Part shown: one piece after another, positions 1 to 10,806 of the stretch
How the letters are laid out: the number at the start of each line of letters is the position of its first letter
Numbering within the stretch: position 1 is the first letter of the stretch
Sequence record: PV472050.1
Strand: one strand, 5' to 3'
DNA: 64,000 nt
The notes under the pieces: generated by a model
Database searches by the model: none
Seen by the model: the letters and a program-made list of their open reading frames with translations, nothing else
Told to the model about the DNA's origin: nothing
Position numbers and translations under genes: made by a program

Positions 1-87
1 ATTTTAACTTGCATGTTCTTTGAGGTCTATATCACTAGGGTGAATAAGGCATTGGTTTCCTTAGTCAATTAAAGGAGGATATGCTCT

Positions 88-609
88 ATGCTGGCGATAC
101 TAGACGAAAGTCTTGAGTTGGCTAAACGTTTCGAAAACGTGATGGCCCGCATAGATAATTCAATGGCTTTTGATCCCGAATGGAGGAGCTCAGGGAATAT
201 GTACGAGGGTGCTGTAGGACTTCAACTCCCAGTGGGTAAAGTCTTTAAAGCACTGGATCCTAAAACAGGTCGTCGTCTTATTTTGATCGGTACGGACTGT
301 GGTACCGTGGTGATCTTCGAACATAACGGTCGTGACAAGACCGGATCCAAGTTTGCCTTGGCGTATAACGCCGACCCTGCCTTAGACTTTATGTTGGGAG
401 GAAGTCGGCTCTCAATCGCCCAATTTAGCCTGGCGATTACCGATTATGATATCGAAGAGAACATCGGTATCAGTCTCCGTCGCCTGACTCAACAGGTGAA
501 CCGGAGTACGCAGGAAAAGAACAAGGAAGAGAAGATCATAAAAACCCCAAAGGGAATACCCCCGTCTAAAGTACTGTCAGGGTTCTTTGGTTGGGGGGAG
601 TCTGCTTAA
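88..609 (+). CDS. hypothetical protein (173 aa)
   Basis: ATG preceded by AAGGAGG; first gene of a co-directional cluster. Confidence 0.75.
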   Translation: MLAILDESLELAKRFENVMARIDNSMAFDPEWRSSGNMYEGAVGLQLPVGKVFKALDPKTGRRLILIGTDCGTVVIFEHNGRDKTGSKFALAYNADPALDFMLGGSRLSIAQFSLAITDYDIEENIGISLRRLTQQVNRSTQEKNKEEKIIKTPKGIPPSKVLSGFFGWGESA

Positions 610-671
610 CACCTAAACGAATGAAACCCAACATCCACAAGGATGTACTTTCGCACACATGAGGATACTCC

Positions 672-1127
672 ATGAAAACGTTTTTCTTGTCTATTTTAAC
701 CGTCTTCACTTTCCTGTTCCTGCAACTGGCCAACGCGGCGGGTAATGAAGAGATCATGTTCAACTGCACCTTGAAGGACGGCGCTGAGGTCAAGCTGACC
801 CAGATTCCTCAAGGTGACCTGTGGACCCTGACCATCGGGTACCCGGAAAAAGTCCAAGTCAGTTTTACCAAGCCTGGGAATGACATGGGTCGGCAGTTCT
901 CCTACCACCGCGATAGCAATCTCGCTACCCGTGAAGTCTTCATAACCAACCCGACGGGTAACTGGTTCTATACCCTCGGGGTGGATGATAACGGTAAGGC
1001 TAAAAGCGGTTATATCCAAGTTATGAACAGCGGAACAGAAACAGCCTACGAACATTGTGTGACGGGAAGCCTTCGTGAGCAGTTCGAAAAAGAAGGTGCC
1101 TTTGTCAACATGACGGTCGTGGATTGA
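672..1127 (+). CDS. secreted/periplasmic hypothetical protein with Sec signal peptide
   Basis: GAGG SD; MKTFFLSILTVFTFLFLQLANA|AG is a typical signal peptide; two Cys in the mature part. Confidence 0.75.
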   Translation: MKTFFLSILTVFTFLFLQLANAAGNEEIMFNCTLKDGAEVKLTQIPQGDLWTLTIGYPEKVQVSFTKPGNDMGRQFSYHRDSNLATREVFITNPTGNWFYTLGVDDNGKAKSGYIQVMNSGTETAYEHCVTGSLREQFEKEGAFVNMTVVD

Positions 1128-1134
1128 ACCTGTT

Positions 1135-1180
1135 GGGGGAGTGAGCGTTTGCTCCCCCTGTTCCACTCTTTATTTTTTTT
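1135..1180 (+). terminator. probable intrinsic terminator
   Basis: GGGGGAG/CTCCCCC stem with a long T tract downstream. Confidence 0.55.
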
Positions 1181-1200
1181 TTCTAGAAGGGATACCACCA

Positions 1201-1881
1201 ATGGAAGCCGATGCGAAAACCCTTGGAGAAATCAAATTACTGTCTGACATCAAACTTATCCTAGACGGTAGAATTCCCACGGATTTAGTACACAAGGTCT
1301 TTAACCACTTGAAGCATAATCATCAGGATGGGTATGACCACTACTACTTGCTGGATTCCCTCAACGTCGCTAAGCGTCTAATAGACCACCAGGATAATCT
1401 AACAGAACATGACGTTTTGCTTATCTACACTATTATCCTGTTACTTGAGACGGGTCGCCCTATTACGAAACGTCATCCCTATGAAGTCTCTCCAGGAGTA
1501 GGGTGGATGTTTCTTCGGTATTATGCGGACGGGATCTTTACACCTGAGGACGAACGTTTCATTTCACAATCCTGTCGGCCTATCAAAGCAGATACTATTC
1601 GAATGTCTTCCTACACCTTCGTTGAGTTGGTCATTCACAGCACTAAGCGCTTAACGGATGTCGTCAATCAGAAGTATCAAAAGCTGTACGACGAGTTTGC
1701 TGTACTCACCGGATTACCCCCTTGTTCTAAGAAATTGAATAAGGCCTTTTTGGAGGAATATGGTCCTAAAGGTAATCTATGGGATGGGTTCACCACTTCA
1801 ACTAAGGACATTTTCGCTTTAGAAATATCCAACTTCAAGAAGAAAATCGGTCCATTCGTGGACGAACTTAACGTTCGATGA
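1201..1881 (+). CDS. hypothetical protein, possible degenerate HD-domain fold
   Basis: ATG at 1201 with AGAAGGG upstream (track start 1141 overlaps the terminator); IILLLETG sits where LLHDIG would be. Confidence 0.65.
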   Translation: MEADAKTLGEIKLLSDIKLILDGRIPTDLVHKVFNHLKHNHQDGYDHYYLLDSLNVAKRLIDHQDNLTEHDVLLIYTIILLLETGRPITKRHPYEVSPGVGWMFLRYYADGIFTPEDERFISQSCRPIKADTIRMSSYTFVELVIHSTKRLTDVVNQKYQKLYDEFAVLTGLPPCSKKLNKAFLEEYGPKGNLWDGFTTSTKDIFALEISNFKKKIGPFVDELNVR

Positions 1882-1893
1882 GAGGATAAACCT

Positions 1894-2298
1894 ATGTACA
1901 ACGTTATCGCAAATGCGGTGCTTCTGACCACATATGCTGTAATCGTGCTGCTAGTTGTTCAGCGCTATCTAGAAGCTAAGGGTATGCGTTACTCCATTAA
2001 GCGAATAGAGAACGGTCGTATTTTTAGCTTCTCGTTAGGAGTATACGCAGGGAAGATACGGATCCTGCATTCTCCGGACTGTACAGACCCGATCTTCAAA
2101 CGCCGTTATGATGGATGGGAAGTGACCTTTCCTGAACACTTTACGGAAGAGCAGATGGACCATTACATCATGCACCACGAACCCTTTGGGGAACACAATG
2201 CGTCTCATTCGAAGGATTTTGTTGTCTTCAGAGAAGTCATGATTCGCAAGAACAATGAGGTTTCGTGCGTAGATGGGAATATCTTCTGCCAAGCGTAA
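1894..2298 (+). CDS. hypothetical protein with N-terminal membrane anchor
   Basis: GAGGA SD; hydrophobic AVLLTTYAVIVLLVV segment. Confidence 0.7.
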   Translation: MYNVIANAVLLTTYAVIVLLVVQRYLEAKGMRYSIKRIENGRIFSFSLGVYAGKIRILHSPDCTDPIFKRRYDGWEVTFPEHFTEEQMDHYIMHHEPFGEHNASHSKDFVVFREVMIRKNNEVSCVDGNIFCQA

Positions 2299-2311
2299 TG
2301 AACCCATACAG

Positions 2312-2345
2312 TACCCTCCCTACCCCGCAAAGGGTAGGGAGGGTA
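2312..2345. terminator. bidirectional terminator between convergent genes
   Basis: perfect 14-bp stem TACCCTCCCTACCC/GGGTAGGGAGGGTA, T tract downstream. Confidence 0.75.
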
Positions 2346-2364
2346 TGCAGTACACCTTTTTTGT

Positions 2365-3273
2365 TTAACCCATGTACAACTGACCGGCAGCGCCGTCCAC
2401 TTGGGCTTTCTGATCGATCATCCGTTCGATGGTACCGGACGGCGACGAGGTGACAGCCGCAGAACGCTGTTTGAAGCCCGGAGGGGCAGCAATGGCATCC
2501 GGGTTGTACAGCGGAAGGAGTTTCAACATCTGACGAGCAATCTGTTTCACAGCCAGGGTGTCGAATTCCACCAAACCGGTGAACTCCATGGTGATCTGAC
2601 GGATTGCGCCTTCTTCGCTCTTGTTACGCTTGATTTCAATCGGAACAGAGGTACGGGGCATCATACCAACCACCAAGGCAGCGTGAGCAATGTCCTTCAT
2701 GGTGTGGGTGGGTTCGAAGTAGATGCACGAGACCGATACTTCATCGATCAGCATGTCACCCGGATTGTCCAGGATGACAATCTTGGCGTTCAGGACTTCC
2801 GAATCCATGACCAGCCATTGTTGCCAGACCTTGAACATCTTGGTGAACACTTCACCGATGCAATCGTAACCAGTATGCGTGACTTGACCCATTGAACGGG
2901 TAGCGCCCGACGGAATGGAGAGTACGTGACCCGTCCATTCCATTTGAGCAAACTGAACTTCAGTCATGTCACGGAGACCTTCGAACGACTGAGAACGGTT
3001 TTCAAACCACGCCTTACACAGCGAATGCAACGCAGTGCCACCCGGCAGTCGGGAGAAGGCAGCAGGAGTCGAGAGGACAATACACCACCCCAGTTGACTG
3101 ACGTGAGGTTGTGCGCTGACATACTCGAAGACGTTACCAGCCCAACCGTACATACCCCCGAATTGGGCGTTAATAACCGGACGGTTTTGCAGGTCCAGAG
3201 CCCGTACGAAGGGATCGGACTTCGGGAGTAGGGTCGTACTGGACCGATGAGGGAAGTTCGTTTCATTAGCCAT
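2365..3273 (-). CDS. tail tube protein (phiKZ gp30-like)
   Basis: 302 aa, directly downstream of the sheath gene, strong codon bias, sequence style of phiKZ-type tube proteins. Confidence 0.8.
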   Translation of the reverse strand: MANETNFPHRSSTTLLPKSDPFVRALDLQNRPVINAQFGGMYGWAGNVFEYVSAQPHVSQLGWCIVLSTPAAFSRLPGGTALHSLCKAWFENRSQSFEGLRDMTEVQFAQMEWTGHVLSIPSGATRSMGQVTHTGYDCIGEVFTKMFKVWQQWLVMDSEVLNAKIVILDNPGDMLIDEVSVSCIYFEPTHTMKDIAHAALVVGMMPRTSVPIEIKRNKSEEGAIRQITMEFTGLVEFDTLAVKQIARQMLKLLPLYNPDAIAAPPGFKQRSAAVTSSPSGTIERMIDQKAQVDGAAGQLYMG

Positions 3274-3283
3274 CTTTCATTCC

Positions 3284-5452
3284 TCAGGCCGCAGTAGTGG
3301 CCAGATCCTGTTGGTTGTAAGCGTAGAGATCGAATTCCATCATGTACTTGGCTTTGTTAAACCAAGCGTGGAGAATCACACGCAGTTTCGCACGGGATCC
3401 GAGCGTTCCAGTTTCGTAGAACGTTTCTGCGACGATGTTGGAGACTTCACCCCCTACCGCGTTACGGCACGCGCTCTCGATCTCGTCTTTCATGATGGAG
3501 GCGTAGTTATCTGCGGTGATGGTACGGTCACCACAAACGATGCGCCATTGATCCGCGGAGATCTTCTCCATCGCCACGCACAGGAACGGGTTAGCCAGGT
3601 CCTTGAGGACCGAGTCGGGGTTCGGGTGAATGGTGGGGAGACCCGGACGGTACGTTTGAACGTTCCAGTCCCAAGGCTTCAGGGAGATATGGCCGTTGCT
3701 GAAGTTCTCAGCCGCCACTTCATCTTCTTCGAAGACGATGTTGGGGGAGTGCATCAGACGGAGTTTACGGTTATCCGCATGATCCGGTGCGTTTGGAGTG
3801 ACGATCAGACCGTCGATGTTACCTGCCCACAGCGCAAAGGCATAGGCCAGGTCGATGTTACCCGAGAAGTACCAGCCGGTCGGTTCATCGGTGACTTTCG
3901 CTTCGATGAGGTTCACAGCTGCACGGCAGGCTGGGGTACCCCACTTCTCAGACTCGACCGTCATGCGCAGTCGATTGGTGATCATTGCAGCCCGAGAATA
4001 GATCTCTTCGAGACTGTTCTTCTCACCCGGTCTCCAGACACAGGCGTCTGCTACAACCAGAATGTCCTTACGGGCACCCAGGAACTGCTCGGCGATATCT
4101 TTTACTTCTTGGGAATAACCAATATCCCAGAAGATCGATTGACGGTTACGGGTGGTGTCTTTCATTTCCACACCATTCACGTAACTGGTCAGATCCGCCA
4201 CCATCAGTTTGTTGGTGATTTCCCACGCCTGAAGGTGAGTGAGAGGACGCTCGGTGTTAGTCAGCAGACCAAAGGGATCGTTGACTGTCGGCTTGGTAAC
4301 GTAATCAGGTACCTTACCGTCCTTATCCAGGAACGGCGAAATACCGCCCGAGGATTTAATAGCGCCGCTCAGGTCCCACTTGATAACACCCGAGGTGGTG
4401 ATGGCGTAGTAAGGCGCGCCGTTGTGGTTGGTGCAGGTGAACGGGTTCATCTGCTTGTAGTACTCACCGGGAACACCGACTTCTACCAGGGTATCATTTT
4501 CCGGCTGTTCCACCACATACATCATCTGACACAGGGTGTCGATGTTGTCCTGGTAAACGACCAGGTCGTTGAACGGAGCCGGAACCGGGTTACCCGGGGC
4601 GTTCTTGTTACGACCAGTAAAGGAGCCGAAACCCGTTTGCAGGCTGTACTGAACGCCGTTGAGGGACACCGGGAACAGGGTGAACTTGGCACTTTCCTGT
4701 TGGAGGGTGGTTTTCGAATACACACGAGTCCCATCGACTCCATCGGTGAACTGACGGAGGTCGTAAGGGAAAGTCCCCGTGGACCGAACGAATTCGGAAA
4801 TGGAACGCCAATTCAGCGCGTCCGCACGGACACCCAGGTTAAGGCCCGACTTGTTGTATTCGTCACCGACACCAGCCACCCCTTCGAACAGGGGGAGTAC
4901 CAGGGTTTCAGGGGTATCACCACTGGCGGCGATGGTGCGGACTTCGAGCGCGCCGGGTTCTTTACCCGCTGCGGCATCATCGATTTTGATTTCGATGTTC
5001 AGACCGTTCGGGTAGGTTTTACCCGGGATCGGAATACGCTCGCCGTTTTCGTTATACTTCCAACGGCCGTTGGCATCCCGCTCGTAGGCTTGAACTTCCA
5101 CTTTCTGAACAAACGCAGAGAGCGAGGCTTTCGAGACCACTTCGTTGACCGAGAGGCGGCGAATACCGATGGTGTTCTGGCGACCCAGGGCGAGGGCCTG
5201 GATCAGGACCGACGTTGGGCTGTAGTAGGGCGACTTCTCGTCGAAAATGTCACCAAAGATCTTTTTGACGTCTTGGGGGGCTACCCATTGGGTGCCTGCT
5301 TTAGACGCCAGTTTTCCTTTGGGGAAGATACCGTGGATAACAGGAAGGTGGAGCGGGGTGGTTGGCGGGGACGTGTCATATTCTGGAATAGAGTTGTCCC
5401 GAATCCCACTAATGTCCACCTTTCCAGGGACGATTCTGTTGAAAACAGTCAT
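3284..5452 (-). CDS. contractile tail sheath protein (phiKZ gp29-like)
   Basis: 722 aa from ATG 5452 (GAGG SD; MTVFNRIVPG); strong codon bias; sheath-tube order; divergent from the virion/terminase block. Confidence 0.85.
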   Translation of the reverse strand: MTVFNRIVPGKVDISGIRDNSIPEYDTSPPTTPLHLPVIHGIFPKGKLASKAGTQWVAPQDVKKIFGDIFDEKSPYYSPTSVLIQALALGRQNTIGIRRLSVNEVVSKASLSAFVQKVEVQAYERDANGRWKYNENGERIPIPGKTYPNGLNIEIKIDDAAAGKEPGALEVRTIAASGDTPETLVLPLFEGVAGVGDEYNKSGLNLGVRADALNWRSISEFVRSTGTFPYDLRQFTDGVDGTRVYSKTTLQQESAKFTLFPVSLNGVQYSLQTGFGSFTGRNKNAPGNPVPAPFNDLVVYQDNIDTLCQMMYVVEQPENDTLVEVGVPGEYYKQMNPFTCTNHNGAPYYAITTSGVIKWDLSGAIKSSGGISPFLDKDGKVPDYVTKPTVNDPFGLLTNTERPLTHLQAWEITNKLMVADLTSYVNGVEMKDTTRNRQSIFWDIGYSQEVKDIAEQFLGARKDILVVADACVWRPGEKNSLEEIYSRAAMITNRLRMTVESEKWGTPACRAAVNLIEAKVTDEPTGWYFSGNIDLAYAFALWAGNIDGLIVTPNAPDHADNRKLRLMHSPNIVFEEDEVAAENFSNGHISLKPWDWNVQTYRPGLPTIHPNPDSVLKDLANPFLCVAMEKISADQWRIVCGDRTITADNYASIMKDEIESACRNAVGGEVSNIVAETFYETGTLGSRAKLRVILHAWFNKAKYMMEFDLYAYNQQDLATTAA

Positions 5453-5561
5453 GGCAACCTCGTGGGGGAAAAGTTTGAAGCAATCGTATGAACCCATTTT
5501 CAGGGCCGTACAGTGTAATAAGGCACTGTCACATAACATGTTATTTTAAGGAATATCTACC

Positions 5562-6440
5562 ATGCTGATCAATGCCTATGACACCACGGTCGGTAAAGTG
5601 ATCCGGGCGTCTCACCACGTAGACGAAGTCATCAAAACCCTTCATCTGACTAACAATCTGTCTCCCACTAAGAAAGACAAGGTCTACGTTATTACGCACG
5701 CCACCAACGTTCCGTTTTCGACCATTGCTTTTCCGATTACTTTACAGACCCATACCCGCCAAACCATTACGGTGTATGACGAACGTCCGTACCGGGATAA
5801 ACAGAACCGAGTCACGAACCAGAATGACCTGACCATTATGCGACTGGCGGCGTTTCTACAACAGGATGTTGCTGAGTTGAACTTCAGTCCGGTTAAGCTG
5901 AGTCGCAATATGGTAACCAAAGCCTTTAGTGACGCGCTAACCCAACGGTTAACGATGCGGGGTGGTTTGGATATCGTAGAGTCTTCGACCCTGAAGGTGT
6001 TGATTGGGTATTATGTGGTTTGTCTTCAAGAGAACCCGAACAATGACCTGGTCTTTGTGGTTGAGAATGTCCTGCGTAATGTGTACGGGATGGAAAAAGA
6101 CTTTGTATTGGGGGTCATTGCCGATCTCCCTCATCTGAGTAAGCTGGAAGACCTCCTCAGTGAGATTCGTAAGAATCCTGTGTTGTATAAACTCAAAGGG
6201 ATGGGTCTTAAGGACTTCATTGCTGTGGTGGGTGGATTGGCCTTTACGGGGCTGGGGAAACAGGTCTTTGAAGCTGCGTCTGAAGCACCTTGCTTGTTGA
6301 CGGCCTTTGTCTATGGTGCAGCACGTTTCAGGGCGCTGAATAAAACACCGCTGGGAATGGCATTGGATCCTAAATACAACAAAGGGATCCTGGATACCTT
6401 CCTTAAGAACATCGATTACACGTATGATCTCAACGGGTAA
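5562..6440 (+). CDS. virion structural protein (phiKZ gp28 position)
   Basis: AAGGA SD; synteny between sheath and terminase. Confidence 0.6.
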   Translation: MLINAYDTTVGKVIRASHHVDEVIKTLHLTNNLSPTKKDKVYVITHATNVPFSTIAFPITLQTHTRQTITVYDERPYRDKQNRVTNQNDLTIMRLAAFLQQDVAELNFSPVKLSRNMVTKAFSDALTQRLTMRGGLDIVESSTLKVLIGYYVVCLQENPNNDLVFVVENVLRNVYGMEKDFVLGVIADLPHLSKLEDLLSEIRKNPVLYKLKGMGLKDFIAVVGGLAFTGLGKQVFEAASEAPCLLTAFVYGAARFRALNKTPLGMALDPKYNKGILDTFLKNIDYTYDLNG

Positions 6441-6445
6441 CAGTT

Positions 6446-9058
6446 ATGACCATGAAAGGGTTTGATACGGATAACCCATTGCTGGCCTACGCGACAGACC
6501 ACCTGTGGGGTAACCCGGAAGAGAATAACCAGTACCAGGTGCGTACAGTACGGCTCAGTGATTACTACGGAGATGTGGACAACTTCTCCTTTATGGGCAA
6601 ATGGCGGAGTTTGCCTAAGCGGGATACGTTCTATTACGTCTTTTCTGTAGGGGGGTTGGATGCAGGCTATTGGAACTTCCATACCAACTTACTGAAACGG
6701 AATCCCTTAGACCGGTGGATGAACCTGGCCGAGCTGTGTAAACGCCGGGGTGTTCAGCTGGATATCTACAACACCAAAGGGTACCAGTACAGCCGGAATA
6801 AAGCTTGGGTCATGATGACGTACGATAAGCTCACGTTTATCGCCCTGGAGAAGTATAACACCTACCCCATGCCAACGGGTCAGGAGATGTTCTTTCGATG
6901 CTACACCGCTTCCAGTGAGGTGGCGAAGAATGAACAAACCGCGAATGCTGCCAGTAACCCGTACGTCTATGAGACCATGGTGTACGAGAGTCAGGCTGAA
7001 CTGGCGGTCTTTAATAACCGGTACTTAGCCTGTAAAGGCAAACCTGGGTTTACCGGGGTAACAGTGAATGGGGTCTATTGGCATGGTAATCCAGGGTCGA
7101 TTCCTAATTTGGTCCTAGGGGATGTAGTGGAGTTCTTCCATGACCCCACTGTGATCCGTACGGAGCTGTACGCGTACAACACCCTGCAAGACTTCTATTC
7201 CACCTTGGATAAGAAACGGAAACTGATCCTGCATCCTCCTAAACGCCCAGGGGACTTTACCCTTCGGTATTTTGATGACAACGATTACTACCTGTTGGGT
7301 AAAGGGTCGACAGGTCTGTATTTCCATCGGAATGCGGTGAGTACGATTCGTCAGTTGACTCATGTGGATGTTGCCATTGCGGATGACCAGATCCAAGCCG
7401 CCAGTAATTACCACAAGGACCTCAGTGAGGTGAAGGATATTCGTATCCTGGTATTGGTTCGTAAAACGGATTGGGAATATCCTTGGCCACATGATAATCA
7501 ACGGATCCGTTACCTCTACCGGATGACTGATGAAAACATCCTTAAAGCCATGACAGGTGATCGAGCAACGGTGCCGGAGTGGACCGCTCCTAATCTGGAA
7601 GCTGGGGTGGTGATGAGTTTTACCCGGAGTCAAATGAAAGCGTTGACCGTAGAGGGTGCTCGTAAAGCGGTGGGGTACAATGCGGCAACTCGGGTCCTCA
7701 GTGAAACCCCCCTTAAAGCGGTATACGAGGCGGGTGGTCGAGGGGTTGAGATCCCCATCAGTTACCGAGTCAGTTGTACCGCTTGGGAACATGATGAGAA
7801 CGGGTGCCTGTTGGAATACCACAATGTCAACAATATTCGGTACTACGCGCCTCGGAATCCGAAGTGTCAACTCGTTGAGTTCACCTGTGGTCAATACGGA
7901 CGAACGTTGGACTATGTGGTAACCAATACTGATCTACCCTTAGACCCCTTTGATGGGTTCAGGGTGTATACCAGTCATTTCAATGTGGATCGAGGGGAAA
8001 TCACCGGTGAGTTAACGGATGTCACTGGGGATAAGAAGATCTACGAGGTGGTTAATGAAGTCTTAGTCTGGAAAGGATTGGATCCCGTTAACCAACGTGG
8101 GGTAGTGGTCTTCAATACCCGGACCTTGGCTTATGGGTTTGAACTGGATCACATTGATCACAGCTTGAGCTTTGCCATTACCCACATCTATGAACCGGGT
8201 GGATTGGCAGTCCCTTTGATTCCTGCTCAAATCGATATTTGGATGAACGGTCATCCATTGATTGATAATGTCGATTGGATCTTTGACAACGGGTACTGCT
8301 ACATCATCAACAAACAGTTCATTCAACCGGGTGCTCAACAGTTTGTGGTGCGTTGCCATGACCTGTGGGAGGATAAGGAACGTCCTAAGGTAGAAACCGA
8401 ACTCGGGTTCGTGGACGGTGGGGTGATTGGACGGTTTAAACGGTATAACCTGAGGGAAGACCGGGTGACGCGTACCGTCATTGGAGGTCGTTTGGTGGTA
8501 ACGGACGATGTGCCTACGGCCGAGCTGTCTTCTCCAGATAACCTCTGGAATCACCTCAATGGGTTACCGTACATGGTCAAACATGTCTTCCAACCCATTA
8601 AGTATGTCGTCCCCTATGACAACTTCCCAGGGTATAAAGAGAGTCGGGAGATTGATCAACGGGTGAGTGATTACTTAACGGAATACTGTCCTAAGCCGTT
8701 GGTGGATCCGGTGATACCGACCCTTCAGGATAAGTACCGGTTGTTCAGCCCCTTCCTGAATGTGGTGGTGAATGCGATTAAGAACCGGTTGTTGGTGGTT
8801 CCTAATCGAGTAGACGGTGAAGAGACGTACAGTCCTCAGTTCATTGAGGAACAGGTCAGTTCGTACAAGTGGTGGTTAAAGTACGACCCGGTGATCCGGG
8901 AATACGACCTCCGCTATTTTGCCGTTATGCCCTACGCGAATGATGAACTGCTCTCGGTAACACCCAACCAGTTTGTCTTCATTAAGCAAGTGAACGACCT
9001 TTACTTGAAGTCTGTCTGTGTCATTGAAGGCCACTTTGAAGTAAGTAACAGTGACTAA
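6446..9058 (+). CDS. virion structural protein (phiKZ gp27 position)
   Basis: 870 aa ORF; synteny. Confidence 0.6.
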   Translation: MTMKGFDTDNPLLAYATDHLWGNPEENNQYQVRTVRLSDYYGDVDNFSFMGKWRSLPKRDTFYYVFSVGGLDAGYWNFHTNLLKRNPLDRWMNLAELCKRRGVQLDIYNTKGYQYSRNKAWVMMTYDKLTFIALEKYNTYPMPTGQEMFFRCYTASSEVAKNEQTANAASNPYVYETMVYESQAELAVFNNRYLACKGKPGFTGVTVNGVYWHGNPGSIPNLVLGDVVEFFHDPTVIRTELYAYNTLQDFYSTLDKKRKLILHPPKRPGDFTLRYFDDNDYYLLGKGSTGLYFHRNAVSTIRQLTHVDVAIADDQIQAASNYHKDLSEVKDIRILVLVRKTDWEYPWPHDNQRIRYLYRMTDENILKAMTGDRATVPEWTAPNLEAGVVMSFTRSQMKALTVEGARKAVGYNAATRVLSETPLKAVYEAGGRGVEIPISYRVSCTAWEHDENGCLLEYHNVNNIRYYAPRNPKCQLVEFTCGQYGRTLDYVVTNTDLPLDPFDGFRVYTSHFNVDRGEITGELTDVTGDKKIYEVVNEVLVWKGLDPVNQRGVVVFNTRTLAYGFELDHIDHSLSFAITHIYEPGGLAVPLIPAQIDIWMNGHPLIDNVDWIFDNGYCYIINKQFIQPGAQQFVVRCHDLWEDKERPKVETELGFVDGGVIGRFKRYNLREDRVTRTVIGGRLVVTDDVPTAELSSPDNLWNHLNGLPYMVKHVFQPIKYVVPYDNFPGYKESREIDQRVSDYLTEYCPKPLVDPVIPTLQDKYRLFSPFLNVVVNAIKNRLLVVPNRVDGEETYSPQFIEEQVSSYKWWLKYDPVIREYDLRYFAVMPYANDELLSVTPNQFVFIKQVNDLYLKSVCVIEGHFEVSNSD

Positions 9059-9069
9059 AGGGGATATTC

Positions 9070-10794
9070 ATGTTTGACAACAAACCCAGCACGAGTGCTG
9101 AGCGAGCGGTGGCGGGTACTGATTTGGCTCCTGAGAATGACGGCCAACGGTACCGGATCCATTACCTGCCTGACATTTATGATCCGGACAAGCATCCGCC
9201 GGAGGACATTGTTAAGTACGTGGTTCCCCGGGAACGGGAATTGGTGATCGATGTACCCAATAAACAGTTCCTGGAGGTGATTCATGTGGATTACCAGGGG
9301 AAGACCTTGAAGTCTACCTTGGTCCCGTGGGAACCGCGGACCAGTGAGGACGGTACCACAACTGAACAAGATTGGATCTTCGGTCTACGAGGGGGCCCTC
9401 TGCTGGGTGAAGCCTTGCTGAGTGTGGACTACAGCCAACGACCTAACGTAGCGCGTGTTGACAGCACCATCATGCGACCCGGCGCAGCGTACGCTAAACT
9501 CTACCTCGGTAACGACGCCAGTGACAACGGTCGGATCATCAGTGCCCAGTACGACAAGTCGGCGAATATGATCAGCAACAAGGTACCTACCAAGTTGGCT
9601 GAGATCGTAGACCGTACGAACCTGGAGATTATGACCACGGGTCCTTTCAGTGTCACGGAGAACGAGGAAGCCCTGAAAGACGGTACGCGTTGTACGTTGG
9701 TGTTCTATGACGAGGGGGGTAACTTCATTCCCCCGGTTCAACCTGTAATGGTCCAGCACTGTGCGTACATGCGGGATCACCAGATTGGTACCAAGTATGT
9801 CACGGAGATTGAACTGCTCACACCGTGGTTTACCAATACGCTCAATGCGGAGAAGATTATCATTCCGGTGAACGTATTGGTAACGGCTATTGAGTTCAGG
9901 GCGGTGATTCATTACTCGGATGGCAGTACCAGTGCGCCCATGCCGGTGAACGGTGAACGGTTCAACCTGTATGGGTTGAATGAATGGCGCCCCACCTGGC
10001 CGGGTCAAGAGGGTGAGATCGTTCTGACCCTTAAACTGGCAGCGAATGAACAGCATTACATTGCCAAACCCGGGAGTCCTGATCACATCAGTCGAACCTA
10101 TTCGGTAGAAGCCGGTCCTGTTAAAGGCGCTTACTCGCCGAAGATCTACACCTTCCCGCAATGGGACCCGAGTATTTCGGGGTATCGACTCCAACATTGG
10201 CTGTTGGATCTGGATCGGAAAACCGCCATTGATGTGACCGCTCAAGTGAAGTTCAATGAGAAGAGTGAAGTCTGGCGGCCTTCTGCCTACGGGGTTGCTC
10301 AATCGTTAATCTTTAACTTGAACCTGAGGGATGTATCGAGTCAGTACGAGAGTGTGATCTTCCGGCAGTACACCACCATTGTGTTGTATAAAGACATCAA
10401 TGGGCCGGGTAAACGCTTTGACGTGTCCTTCTCGCAGAATAAACCGTCGTACGAAGCGAAGTTCATTGTCGCTAAGAACGCCGGAGCTGCTACCACGGTC
10501 AATGTGGCCAACGGGTACGGTAATCAAACGGATTGGCTGAAAGCGTTGTATTGGGGGGTCGAACCTAGCTTCAATCGGTTCGATGAAGAGAAAGCTCCTT
10601 TACCCACTCATTTCTACCTGGTTCATGAAGACGGGCGTTCCTGGCGGTATCCGATCTCGGATTGGAATAAGAACAACGCCATCAACATTGAACTTCAGAA
10701 GGGTAAGACCTGGTTCCTTCGTTGGGTGGAACGCCAAACGTCTGGTGATGAGAAGCAACTGGCCGTTACTGGTGTAACGGTTGAATTTCCTTAA
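9070..10794 (+). CDS. virion structural protein (phiKZ gp26 position)
   Basis: 574 aa beta-rich ORF; synteny. Confidence 0.6.
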   Translation: MFDNKPSTSAERAVAGTDLAPENDGQRYRIHYLPDIYDPDKHPPEDIVKYVVPRERELVIDVPNKQFLEVIHVDYQGKTLKSTLVPWEPRTSEDGTTTEQDWIFGLRGGPLLGEALLSVDYSQRPNVARVDSTIMRPGAAYAKLYLGNDASDNGRIISAQYDKSANMISNKVPTKLAEIVDRTNLEIMTTGPFSVTENEEALKDGTRCTLVFYDEGGNFIPPVQPVMVQHCAYMRDHQIGTKYVTEIELLTPWFTNTLNAEKIIIPVNVLVTAIEFRAVIHYSDGSTSAPMPVNGERFNLYGLNEWRPTWPGQEGEIVLTLKLAANEQHYIAKPGSPDHISRTYSVEAGPVKGAYSPKIYTFPQWDPSISGYRLQHWLLDLDRKTAIDVTAQVKFNEKSEVWRPSAYGVAQSLIFNLNLRDVSSQYESVIFRQYTTIVLYKDINGPGKRFDVSFSQNKPSYEAKFIVAKNAGAATTVNVANGYGNQTDWLKALYWGVEPSFNRFDEEKAPLPTHFYLVHEDGRSWRYPISDWNKNNAINIELQKGKTWFLRWVERQTSGDEKQLAVTGVTVEFP

Positions 10795-10806
10795 GGAGGA
10801 AACAAA

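Noticed and set aside
3311-5491. 726-aa plus-strand ORF
   Set aside because: In-register antisense shadow of the codon-biased sheath gene; no motifs or RBS.
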